51,128 nt of DNA from a virus (taxonomy: Duplodnaviria > Caudoviricetes): the IMG/VR virus record IMGVR_UViG_3300012232_000017, positions 1 to 51,128 of that record; one strand, written 5' to 3'. How positions within the stretch are numbered: position 1 is the stretch's first letter; each line of letters starts with the position of its first letter. Shown piece by piece: positions 25,928 to 34,055 of this stretch. The translations under genes and the position numbers were made by a program. Under the pieces are notes generated by a model, which was not told where the DNA came from, ran no database searches, and saw nothing but the letters and a program-made list of their open reading frames with translations.

Positions 25928-25962
25928 AAAAAAGAAACAGCGTGATATCCCTACCACGCTGT
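25928..25962 (-). terminator. Intrinsic terminator
   Basis: ACAGCGTG/CACGCTGT stem followed by TTCTTTTTT on the minus strand. Confidence 0.6.
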
Positions 25963-26128
25963 AAATTGACTAGTATTATTTGCACCCGTTTGACTAGTAT
26001 AAGGTGTTGGACTTTAAGCACAATGTGCCACTACGAATTGTTCGATACGTAGATTTTTAAATTGAGTTACATAATATGCACACACCCCCGTGTATGTCTA
26101 GCTATTTAGGTTTAACAAATAAAAATGC

Positions 26129-26353
26129 CTAATTTTTATTTGGTTGCATCAATAGGATGCTATGAGCAAGACGAATTAACGCCATTGGAGCTAAGAATAT
26201 TAGAAATTTGTCGAATACATTCAACTGATGACACAATATACCAATAGCCATTAATAGTATAAATACTATACCTAAAAGGATTTTAACTGCTAAATTCATA
26301 ATAATATAATTAATTATAAAATAAAGGTGAGAACTAATAGTTGTCCTCACCAA
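26129..26353 (-). CDS. Small membrane protein (start likely MNLAVK)
   Basis: Two TM segments. Confidence 0.5.
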   Translation of the reverse strand: MVRTTISSHLYFIINYIIMNLAVKILLGIVFILLMAIGILCHQLNVFDKFLIFLAPMALIRLAHSILLMQPNKN

Positions 26354-26537
26354 ATAAAGCGTTCATACGCTTAATATCTTCAGCCCATTCATCAATATGA
26401 GCTTGTGTTGCATTAACAACAGCAACAGCGTTAAAAGGATGTTGTAGTTGAACAATATTTACAACACGTGTATCATTTGTGATACCAACTAACCTAATTG
26501 GGTCAAGTTGTTCGTCTAATAGAATTAATGCTAACAT
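26334..26537 (-). CDS. Small hypothetical protein
   Basis: 67-aa ORF. Confidence 0.5.
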   Translation of the reverse strand: MLALILLDEQLDPIRLVGITNDTRVVNIVQLQHPFNAVAVVNATQAHIDEWAEDIKRMNALFGEDNY

Positions 26538-26856
26538 AAGCGTCTAGAATTAAGTGTTTGATTATTATTTTTAACTAATGTACAAAATGAAACGAATTCA
26601 TTACTATTTATAGGCTGTCTCCCATAAGTAGATTTAAATAATGATAATAACTCTGAATTTGACATAATAATTATGTATTAATTGTTATAATTGTATAAAT
26701 AGCGTTCTATGCATTACTTAATTGTGCGTTAAATACCACAAAAAACTACAATTCTAAACAGTTTAGGACTGATTAGTGTAATGCATAAAAGCTATAAATT
26801 TGTTTCAAAAACCGTTTAGGATATATAAGTGGCATTCAGCAAACAAGGCACTGTTG

Positions 26857-26947
26857 ATATGCCGTACCTATATGCCGTAAAGATATGCCGTAAACACTGC
26901 GGACGTAGCACTAACGTAGCACTAAAGATATGCCGTAACGTAGCACT
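26857..26947. repeat. Interspersed 10-mer direct repeats (iteron-like)
   Basis: ATATGCCGTA at 26857, 26870, 26883 and 26928; ACGTAGCACT at 26903, 26914 and 26938. Confidence 0.85.
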
Positions 26948-27056
26948 TCCCGCAAACATCGTACGTAGTACGATAATCGACGCAACAACATTACGACGAA
27001 GGAGTAATATAAACACGCAACGAAGTTGCTACCTTAAATTCAAAATAATGGAAAGT

Positions 27057-27084
27057 CAAAAGAAATACCCGCCTTAGCGGGTAT
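27057..27084 (-). terminator. Intrinsic terminator after 27090..27608
   Basis: ATACCCGC-N4-GCGGGTAT stem followed by TTCTTTTT on the minus strand. Confidence 0.7.
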
Positions 27085-27089
27085 ATACT

Positions 27090-27608
27090 TTAGTTAGATT
27101 CAGGTGTAACTGCCTCGTTAACTTTAACCTCGGCACCTTTAGCTTTACGAGCGTCCATAAGTTCCTTAAGTGAAACTTTCTTAGCTGTCTTAGCCTCGGC
27201 AGGGATGAAGTTCTTAGGTAGTAACGCTAATACAGTATCTCCTGTATCCTCGTCCTCAACCTCTACCTCGTGGCATACAAGTGTACCCGAAGTAGCACCT
27301 GCAACTATACCTTTAGCCTTATCAACGTTCATACGCATAGATAAGCTCTTAGATGTAGCACCCTCGAAATCGCCTTGCTCGAATAAATCCAAAGACTTAC
27401 CTAACTGATAGTTATTAGTAGCCTTGAATGAAACGATAGCATAAGGTTCGTCACTATCTTCCCACAAGAAGGGCTCTCCCTCTGCGTCCACATATCCTAC
27501 ATAAGTAACCTCAATACCTTTATAAGGCACCAAAGCTTCCTCAATAAGCATACGTGATGAAATAATGCGTTCAGCGATTTCTTCAGTAATCTCGATTCTA
27601 TTTTCCAT
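27090..27608 (-). CDS. Acidic hypothetical protein, first gene of the leftward arm (probable start MENRIE at 27608)
   Basis: ORF-track 27090..27674; A-rich leader before the ATG at 27608; has its own terminator; visibly more GC-ending codons than its neighbours. Confidence 0.7.
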   Translation of the reverse strand: MENRIEITEEIAERIISSRMLIEEALVPYKGIEVTYVGYVDAEGEPFLWEDSDEPYAIVSFKATNNYQLGKSLDLFEQGDFEGATSKSLSMRMNVDKAKGIVAGATSGTLVCHEVEVEDEDTGDTVLALLPKNFIPAEAKTAKKVSLKELMDARKAKGAEVKVNEAVTPESN

Positions 27609-27949
27609 AATTAAAATGTATTGTGTCGCGTCTATTTTTAGCGACGTTAATATTACAAGTTTTGGGTATCTCACTGCAAAAGCAATGGGTATATCCCAAA
27701 ATTATAAAAGAGTCGGGGCATGATTTTAGGTTAGCACACTCTTACGTTTGTAAAAAAAATTTTCAAAAAAAATTTGCGGAAAAGTGTCATAAGCAAAAAC
27801 CTTCTAATAGAATAGATATGCACCTTCGCAGCGTTTTTCATCAGTAACATAAGTAGTAGTAAGTATAGTCAGGATAGTCAGTATAGTATAAGTGCCTCAA
27901 AAACCACTCGCCATATCTTTATTTAGTTGGTATTGCAGTAACCCTAAAT

Positions 27950-28032
27950 TAAATAAGAGCTATAGGCAAGTAAAAAAAAATGAAAATAATTGCAAAAAAA
28001 TTAGGTTTTCTCAAATTAATTTTGTATCTTTG
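27950..28032 (+). promoter_or_regulatory. Bacteroidetes sigma-A-type promoter with conserved upstream element
   Basis: TAAATAAGAGCTAT at 27950; TTAG at 28001, 20-nt spacer, TATCTTTG at 28025. Confidence 0.65.
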
Positions 28033-28035
28033 TAC

Positions 28036-28240
28036 TTAGATATAAAGATGCAACTAGTTAAGGATATGGTTGCCCAATTTAGCTGGACACGGCAGCACTC
28101 TATAAGAGGTTTGGGATAACGGGTTTTGAGAGGTATGACAACTTCCATAACACTGGCTAGCCAAGCGGACCATGAAGGCCTAAGACGGGCAATCGTGGAA
28201 ACCTCTCTATATCTAATAGACAACAGTAGAGTTCTACTGT
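28036..28240 (+). ncRNA. Candidate ~180-nt structured RNA or long leader
   Basis: Terminal stem TTAGATATA (28036)/TATATCTAA (28208); inner stem TATGGTTGCCC/GGGCAATCGTG; followed by hairpin ACAGTAG-AGTT-CTACTGT. Confidence 0.45.
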
Positions 28241-28290
28241 ATAACAACAACAACATTAGTCATAAGTGTGCCTAATTTAAACTAAATAAA

Positions 28291-28683
28291 ATGGAAAATA
28301 ATAACGTAGGACATCTAGTATGTGTTTGTGCAACAGAACTTATGAATGCCGCTGTAAGTATACATAAGTTACATTTAAGTATTACAGGACCTGGTTCTTA
28401 TGCGGCACATAAGACATTGAATGAATTGTATGACGCTTTACCTGGACATGCTGATAATCTGGTAGAAGGATATCAGGGAGCAACAGGTGAAATAGTGTCA
28501 TGTGAAAATTCTTTACCAAAAACTTTGAATACTGTAGAAGAATGTTTATCTTATATTACGGAACTGAAAGAAAATATTACAAGTTTGCAATCAAAATTAT
28601 CAAATAGAAAAATTATTAATGATCTTGATAATGCAAAAGCTGATTTAAATATTACAGCATATAAATTGAAATTTTTACAATAA
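28291..28683 (+). CDS. Ferritin/Dps-like four-helix-bundle protein
   Basis: HKLHL.ITGPGSYAAHKTLNELYD...ADNLVEGYQG and C-terminal YKLKFL, a Dps-like ferroxidase pattern. Confidence 0.8.
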   Translation: MENNNVGHLVCVCATELMNAAVSIHKLHLSITGPGSYAAHKTLNELYDALPGHADNLVEGYQGATGEIVSCENSLPKTLNTVEECLSYITELKENITSLQSKLSNRKIINDLDNAKADLNITAYKLKFLQ

Positions 28684-28688
28684 TTTTT

Positions 28689-28922
28689 ATGAAAAAAATA
28701 TTCCTAATATTAATAGTATTTATATGTACATCGTTCATAGATTTTCCATGTCATCCAGCAGGAGATAAAGGTCCTTGTACACATAGAGTACATTATAGAG
28801 ATCACTTACCTTGCACACATTATAATTGGTGGGGATATCCAGTACATGATTATGATATTTATCCTTGCAGTCATAGGATGCATTCGTTTGATTGGTATCC
28901 TTGTTTTCACGAATGTTATTAA
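28689..28922 (+). CDS. Secreted His/Cys-rich repeat miniprotein
   Basis: Signal peptide followed by four HxxDxxPCxH units. Confidence 0.7.
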   Translation: MKKIFLILIVFICTSFIDFPCHPAGDKGPCTHRVHYRDHLPCTHYNWWGYPVHDYDIYPCSHRMHSFDWYPCFHECY

Positions 28923-28934
28923 TTAAAAATAGAT

Positions 28935-29219
28935 ATGAGAAAATTGCTTTTGTTACTAGTATTATTTATAGTTACATCTTGTGCGGTAACCACAGGGGCA
29001 GGTGTAACTTGTTATAGAAGAGTGTGTACAGGTGATGCATATATATATGCTCACACTCCAAGACAAGGGAGTAGAGATGTACATGTTATTAAGGTAACAA
29101 ACACTTATATTATCATTAAGGATGATAAGGATGGTAAGGAATATAGAGTTCCTCCTGGACAGTTAAAGAAACGTGGCTATCCTGTAAAAACACATTATCC
29201 TAATAGAGGTCAAGGATAA
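28935..29219 (+). CDS. Putative lipoprotein
   Basis: MRKLLLLLVLFIVTSC lipobox; C-terminal PPGQLKK motif. Confidence 0.65.
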   Translation: MRKLLLLLVLFIVTSCAVTTGAGVTCYRRVCTGDAYIYAHTPRQGSRDVHVIKVTNTYIIIKDDKDGKEYRVPPGQLKKRGYPVKTHYPNRGQG

Positions 29220-29302
29220 GGTAGAGGGAGAGGTAATAACTGATCCATACTATTTTTTACTTAGATTCTTACTTAAAAAATAAATAGACTATGATTAAAA
29301 GA

Positions 29303-29332
29303 GTCCCACTAGAAATAGTGGGATTTTTTTTT
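29303..29332 (+). terminator. Intrinsic terminator
   Basis: GTCCCACTA-GAAA-TAGTGGGAT followed by a T tract. Confidence 0.8.
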
Positions 29333-29351
29333 GAAAATAATTCACTTTTTA

Positions 29352-29383
29352 TTTGCTTTTATCAATTTAATTTCGTATATTTG
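29352..29383 (+). promoter_or_regulatory. Bacteroidetes sigma-A-type promoter
   Basis: TTTG (29352), 20-nt spacer, TATATTTG (29376); 15 nt before the ATG at 29399. Confidence 0.75.
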
Positions 29384-29398
29384 TATAAAATTAGAAAT

Positions 29399-29641
29399 AT
29401 GGATGTAAACGACGATTGTTCAGATCAATGTCTTTGGTTCGATGGCGAAGTTATCTTCAATAAAGAACAACCAACAGGCTTTAAGGAGTGGGCCAACAAA
29501 GTCACTCAATGTAAATATAGGATACTACTTCCAGATGGAACTAGAACACATGCAAAAATCTTTATGGATCACCAACAAAGATTTGACAATTATGCTTTTA
29601 CAAATTATTTAATTAATAGATATAATGAGATTTATGGATAG
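29399..29641 (+). CDS. Small hypothetical protein (tandem paralog A; start MDVNDD)
   Basis: The track start at 29291 would cross a terminator and a promoter. Shares W..K/SxT..K.R/K.xLPD.T...FD...F..YL...YN with the next ORF. Confidence 0.65.
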   Translation: MDVNDDCSDQCLWFDGEVIFNKEQPTGFKEWANKVTQCKYRILLPDGTRTHAKIFMDHQQRFDNYAFTNYLINRYNEIYG

Positions 29642-29819
29642 TGAATATGGCAAATGGTTGGAGTCCATAACACATTTAAAGGATAAGGTTATATTGCCTG
29701 ATCAGACAACTATAGATAAAACTAAATGGATTAAACCAAATGGTTTTGATGTTAAAGGATTTAATGAATACTTAGAGCGTATTTATAATGCTAAATATAA
29801 AAAAGATGGACGGGAATAG
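29625..29819 (+). CDS. Small hypothetical protein (tandem paralog B)
   Basis: WLESITHLKDKVILPDQT...FDVKGFNEYLERIYN. Confidence 0.6.
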   Translation: MRFMDSEYGKWLESITHLKDKVILPDQTTIDKTKWIKPNGFDVKGFNEYLERIYNAKYKKDGRE

Positions 29820-29991
29820 ATTTGATATAGGAGATGAGGTTTATCACATAACACCTGAATCTGATAAAGGTATAGTTGTTGAAGTAACTTACGTATTTTC
29901 TACAGGCAAGTATCATTATACTGTAGCTACTTCTTGGAATACTGAATATGTATGTCATGAGCATGAAATTACTGCTCATAAGAATTTCTGA
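29788..29991 (+). CDS. Small SH3-like barrel protein
   Basis: FDIGDEVYH...GIVVEV...YTV pattern. Confidence 0.55.
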   Translation: MLNIKKMDGNRFDIGDEVYHITPESDKGIVVEVTYVFSTGKYHYTVATSWNTEYVCHEHEITAHKNF

Positions 29992-30075
29992 TGTGGACAC
30001 TTTGTTTATAATACTAGGAGCAATAGCTGCAGTATTAGTAGTTAGAAAAATAAATGGAAAATAATTCATTAAAAA

Positions 30076-30107
30076 TTTGCATATGTCAAAACTATTTCGT
30101 ACCTTTG
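30076..30107 (+). promoter_or_regulatory. Bacteroidetes sigma-A-type promoter
   Basis: TTTG (30076), 20-nt spacer, TACCTTTG (30100). Confidence 0.75.
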
Positions 30108-30129
30108 TACTAATATTAAAAACAGATAT

Positions 30130-30324
30130 ATGTGGTTAACTAAATGGATTGAATTAACATGGGGAAGCCCAAATGAAGAACTCTTAATTGGGTTTTACAA
30201 CCAAGCTTATGATGGCTATCCAATAGATGAAAATGGAGAGCCTAAATTAGAGGAAGAACCTCTTAGGATTAATAGATTTGTTATAGGGTTTTTATTGTTT
30301 AACATTGCAATATTTTATAGATAA
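30130..30324 (+). CDS. Small hypothetical protein
   Basis: First ORF after the promoter. Confidence 0.6.
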   Translation: MWLTKWIELTWGSPNEELLIGFYNQAYDGYPIDENGEPKLEEEPLRINRFVIGFLLFNIAIFYR

Positions 30325-30587
30325 TGGTTGATAAACTACACAGTTACATAAGAGAGGATTTAACAAGTAATCAGAAAGATTTATTAAACTTAGAACATTA
30401 TTATACTCATAAGTATAGATCTAAAGACCCACGTCTTGATATTAATGTAGGAATGTTTATTAATGAAGATTATAAACAAGTTGTACAAATATACGTTGCT
30501 GATAAGCATACACGTATTAGAGAGCAGATGATTATGGAAGGTAATAAAATAGTAGATACATATACAATAATTAGAAGATATGAATAA
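30324..30587 (+). CDS. Hypothetical protein
   Basis: TAATG-coupled ORF. Confidence 0.6.
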   Translation: MVDKLHSYIREDLTSNQKDLLNLEHYYTHKYRSKDPRLDINVGMFINEDYKQVVQIYVADKHTRIREQMIMEGNKIVDTYTIIRRYE

Positions 30588-30855
30588 GAAGTTTGAAAAA
30601 AGTATAGGATATAGTCATCTCGAATCATTTGAAACAAAGAATGGATTAGTATCTGAAGATAATATAAGGTTTGCAAAAGAAAATATTCTCTTTGATGCTA
30701 TGAGACATATGACTGAAATAGTTGAGACTACATTTTCTTATCCAGAAGATAATAGAACACATGTTCGTTTTGATTTAGATGTTGTAATATTATCTAGATC
30801 ACGATATCAGGAAATGAAAGATCATGAAGATAAATATATATCCCTTTGTAACTAA
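30580..30855 (+). CDS. Hypothetical protein
   Basis: Overlapping operon ORF. Confidence 0.6.
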   Translation: MNKKFEKSIGYSHLESFETKNGLVSEDNIRFAKENILFDAMRHMTEIVETTFSYPEDNRTHVRFDLDVVILSRSRYQEMKDHEDKYISLCN

Positions 30856-31130
30856 TGAGTAGTTTTAATAAACAAGGATTAAGAACATCAAAGCAGATGC
30901 TTAGTCGCAAGAACAAAGAACACGTTAAAGCCTTCTATAAAATATTAGGAGACATGGAAGATATATCTAAACAGTTAGATCCATCTATAGAATATAATGA
31001 AGATAATATTAATGACTATGTACTTCCTCTTTATGGAAGACAACTTGATAATATGGAGAAGTTTGTTTTATTAGGTAAAATGCATCATACAAATTTTCAT
31101 AATGAAAGAGAAGATAAAGAAACTATCTAA
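30855..31130 (+). CDS. Hypothetical protein
   Basis: TAATG-coupled ORF. Confidence 0.6.
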   Translation: MSSFNKQGLRTSKQMLSRKNKEHVKAFYKILGDMEDISKQLDPSIEYNEDNINDYVLPLYGRQLDNMEKFVLLGKMHHTNFHNEREDKETI

Positions 31131-31202
31131 AGATGATTTAGATAAGTTATTTAAAAAAGGATGGCTAGATGGAAAGAGTATAGCTCAAATGATATTTGAA
31201 AA

Positions 31203-31490
31203 ATGGAAAAGAAGATAACGCTGGATAATATATTATCTTATATAGAAGGTTCTGGCCAAAAGCTAATGGAATTATTTAAATTACAACCGCAGCATATAAG
31301 AGAACAGATTGCATATAGGAGATTACTCTGCAAAGATGACTGTGCCGTAACTAATAAATGCGTATACTGTGGTTGTGATTTTTTAGGTAAGACTTCAGTA
31401 AGAGAGTCTTGTAATAAAGGACAAAGATTTCCAGACTTGATGAATAATCCTGCCTGGCAACAATACAAAAAAGACAATGGGATCGAATAA
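31203..31490 (+). CDS. Cys-rich (Zn-binding) crAss-like protein
   Basis: EQIAYRRLLCKDDC...CVYCGC...C...FPDLM...W pattern. Confidence 0.7.
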   Translation: MEKKITLDNILSYIEGSGQKLMELFKLQPQHIREQIAYRRLLCKDDCAVTNKCVYCGCDFLGKTSVRESCNKGQRFPDLMNNPAWQQYKKDNGIE

Positions 31491-31794
31491 AATAAAGAAG
31501 ATTCTTAAAAATTTATTGAGTCATGTAAAGTATTATAATTTGATGGCTCCGTTTAATGTTTATGATTCGGAGTATGTTGAAAATATTGAAATTAAATTAA
31601 AGGAGATAATGGAAGATAAAGAGAAAGATTACGATCAAGAGCCAGTAGTGGCTTGTAGATTTTGTAAAAGTTTACATATCGTATCAGATGAGGTAGATAA
31701 TAATGTTTGTATGAGATGTGGCGCGATTAATGATTTGCAAGAATTCGAGAATATTAATGAATACCTAAAAATGAAAAATGGCAAAAACTCTTAA
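31477..31794 (+). CDS. Zinc-ribbon protein
   Basis: YDQEPVVACRFCKSLHI...CMRCG. Confidence 0.7.
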   Translation: MGSNKIKKILKNLLSHVKYYNLMAPFNVYDSEYVENIEIKLKEIMEDKEKDYDQEPVVACRFCKSLHIVSDEVDNNVCMRCGAINDLQEFENINEYLKMKNGKNS

Positions 31795-32452
31795 CTCAGA
31801 AAAAGCACCACTAAAGACAGAGCCTAAACTGCGAGTGGATCTTAATGATGAACAAAAAGAATTCGTAGCTTTGTTTTACCAATATGATATAAATTTTCTC
31901 CTAGGAGATTTTGGATCAGGTAAATCACTTGCTGCAGTACATACGGCCTTAAAGGCTTTTAGGAAAAGAGATAAGGAGTTTTCTATTGATAATATATGGA
32001 TTACCCGTCCCATGATTAAAAATAGTTTAGCAGCATTGCCCGGTACGCTAGAAGAAAAGATGGCTCCTTATACTTTTCCAATCATACAGAATTTAGAAGT
32101 TTGTCAAGGTAAAGAAGCAACTGATAAAATGTTAAGAGAAGGGTTTATTAAGATTATGCCTATAGACGTGGCCAAAGGTGTAACATTTATGAAGTCAGTT
32201 GTTATTGTGGACGAATTTCAGGACATGGACTATGATGATTTCAGAACTATATTAACTAGATTGGGAAAAGGTTCTAAAATGATATTATGTGGAAGTACAC
32301 AGCAAATACATAAATCTATTAATGGAACAAGTTGTATTCATAGAGCTATTAAATTAGCTGATTCTGGCCTTGTAGGATTTACGACCTTAACAGCTAATCA
32401 TAGAAATGAAATATTAACTTTAATTATTAAATATTTGGAAGATGAGAAATAG
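31778..32452 (+). CDS. phoH: PhoH-like ATPase
   Basis: GDFGSGKS, ITRP, LPGTLEEKMAPY, KGVTF, VIVDEFQD, ILTRLGKGSKMILCGSTQQ and NHRN. Confidence 0.9.
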   Translation: MAKTLNSEKAPLKTEPKLRVDLNDEQKEFVALFYQYDINFLLGDFGSGKSLAAVHTALKAFRKRDKEFSIDNIWITRPMIKNSLAALPGTLEEKMAPYTFPIIQNLEVCQGKEATDKMLREGFIKIMPIDVAKGVTFMKSVVIVDEFQDMDYDDFRTILTRLGKGSKMILCGSTQQIHKSINGTSCIHRAIKLADSGLVGFTTLTANHRNEILTLIIKYLEDEK

Positions 32453-32636
32453 ATATAGTGAAATAGAAGATGTAAATAATGGATATATTAATATTAATTA
32501 TAGTAGAAAAGATGATGGATGGATTTTAAGATTAGGTGATGATGATCAAATTCTTTTATTTAATTCTCAAATAGATCCTGTTATAAATGCATTAACTATA
32601 TTGAAAGAAAGAATGAAAATAAAAGAAAATGAGTAA
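32442..32636 (+). CDS. Small hypothetical protein
   Basis: Overlaps both neighbours in the operon. Confidence 0.55.
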   Translation: MRNRYSEIEDVNNGYININYSRKDDGWILRLGDDDQILLFNSQIDPVINALTILKERMKIKENE

Positions 32637-33024
32637 TAGTAAGATAGCTAATATGAACGTGAAACTTAAAGATTTATTCTTTAGATGGCTCGATATTACT
32701 AAAGCCTTTCATAAGCTTAATAATCAGCAACAGCAAGTATTAGCTCTTTTATTATATTATCATTATCAATATAGAAAAGAAGTAACAAATAATAAGATAC
32801 TATGGAAGATCTTATTTGATTACGATACTAAACTTAAAATTAAAGAAGATGAGGTGTTTAAGAATGGTTTATCTGATAGTGCCCTTCAGAACATACTGAC
32901 TGCTTTACGTAAGAAGAACATTATTGTAGGTGGTGAAATATCTAAGATGTTTATACCAGAATTAGATTTAAAAACTAAAACTTTCAAAATTATATTTAAT
33001 TTTAACATAGTTGATAATGAATAA
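32629..33024 (+). CDS. wHTH-like conserved phage protein
   Basis: LNNQQQQVLALL...SDSALQNILTALRKKNII winged-helix pattern. Confidence 0.55.
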   Translation: MSNSKIANMNVKLKDLFFRWLDITKAFHKLNNQQQQVLALLLYYHYQYRKEVTNNKILWKILFDYDTKLKIKEDEVFKNGLSDSALQNILTALRKKNIIVGGEISKMFIPELDLKTKTFKIIFNFNIVDNE

Positions 33025-33301
33025 GGAAGATGAAAGAATTAGGAAGTTAATACATAGTCTAGGTTTAGAGTTTAACCTACAAGATGATGTCATTCGAAAG
33101 ATTGTTCAGTCACCGTATAAATTCACTAGAGAGACAATAGCTAATCTTAATATAGATGGTATTGAATCAGAGGAGGATTTCAATAAACTTAAAGTAAATT
33201 TTATTTACATACATATTGGGAAATTGTATACAACGTATCCGATTTATGAGAAGATTCAGAAACAGAAAATTAATTTAACTGAGAAATGGAAGAAAGAATG
33301 A
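33011..33301 (+). CDS. IHF/HU-like DNA-binding protein (crAss-like)
   Basis: IHSLGLEFNL..DVIRKIV.SPYKF...NFIYIHIGKLY resembles the HU/IHF fold; typical position upstream of terminase. Confidence 0.6.
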   Translation: MIMNKEDERIRKLIHSLGLEFNLQDDVIRKIVQSPYKFTRETIANLNIDGIESEEDFNKLKVNFIYIHIGKLYTTYPIYEKIQKQKINLTEKWKKE

Positions 33302-33660
33302 CAAGTAAAGATGTGGAGGAAATTAGAGGATTATTTCCTTATGAACCATTGTTTAATAAAGTATATATTACTTTAAATAAACTAGAAGAAGATGGAGGTA
33401 TAACTTTATCTGATAATGTATTAGATGATAAACAATATATCGTAGCCGGAGAATTTGATTGGAAAGATATGGAAGTTAGACCTGGAGATATGGTATTAAT
33501 TGACATTGAAAGATTAATGGTTCCAGTAAGACAAGAATCTTCAAATGCATATGAAACAGTTATGCAAGTAAAAATTGACCCAGTAGAAGTAGAAGGAAGA
33601 TTATTTGGATTAGTTGATGATAGAATTATTAAAGCAAAAATTTATAAACATTTATTATAA
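33286..33660 (+). CDS. groES: GroES-like co-chaperonin
   Basis: EPLFNKVYI...GGITL...EVRPGDMVLI...EVEGRLFGLVDDRIIKA aligns by eye with PLxDRV...GGIxL...VKxGDxV...xxGEEYLIxxExDILA. Confidence 0.65.
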   Translation: MEERMTSKDVEEIRGLFPYEPLFNKVYITLNKLEEDGGITLSDNVLDDKQYIVAGEFDWKDMEVRPGDMVLIDIERLMVPVRQESSNAYETVMQVKIDPVEVEGRLFGLVDDRIIKAKIYKHLL

Positions 33661-33661
33661 G

Positions 33662-33862
33662 ATGAGAGAGAATTTAGTTACATTAGACAGAGCCTTAAAC
33701 GCGGCTAACAAATCAGGGGCATTTACCCTACAAGAAGCAATTGCAATTATTAATGCTTTTCAAGCAGTAGTAAATTTTATTGGACAGTATGAAGATTTAT
33801 CTGAACCTGTTAAAGAAGTTGCTCCTGTTAAGAAAACTCGTAAAGCAACTAAAACTGCATAA
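33662..33862 (+). CDS. Small hypothetical protein (start MRENL)
   Basis: ALNAANKSGAFTLQEA pattern with a Lys-rich tail. Confidence 0.6.
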   Translation: MRENLVTLDRALNAANKSGAFTLQEAIAIINAFQAVVNFIGQYEDLSEPVKEVAPVKKTRKATKTA

Positions 33863-33863
33863 T

Positions 33864-34055
33864 ATGGGAACAATAATATTTATATTATTAATATTAGCAT
33901 TAGTTATTTATAGTTTATATCAAAATTTAGTTATAAGTAAGCTAAGAGAAGAAAAATATACTATTACAGAAGAAAATTTCGAACTTGAAATGATTATTCA
34001 AGAACTCGAAAAAGAACTTAACGACTGTTGTGGAAAAAATAGAATACTAGTATAA
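33864..34055 (+). CDS. Small TM plus coiled-coil protein (start MGTIIF)
   Basis: N-terminal TM helix then a coiled coil; TAATG-coupled to the next gene. Confidence 0.5.
   Translation: MGTIIFILLILALVIYSLYQNLVISKLREEKYTITEENFELEMIIQELEKELNDCCGKNRILV

Noticed and set aside
26857-26947. Possible mini-CRISPR array
   Set aside because: The repeats are 10 nt with 0-10-nt gaps; there are no 25-40-nt repeats with unique spacers and no cas genes.
29291-29398. N-terminal extension of ORF 29291..29641
   Set aside because: It spans an intrinsic terminator and a consensus promoter; the ATG at 29399 is the plausible start.
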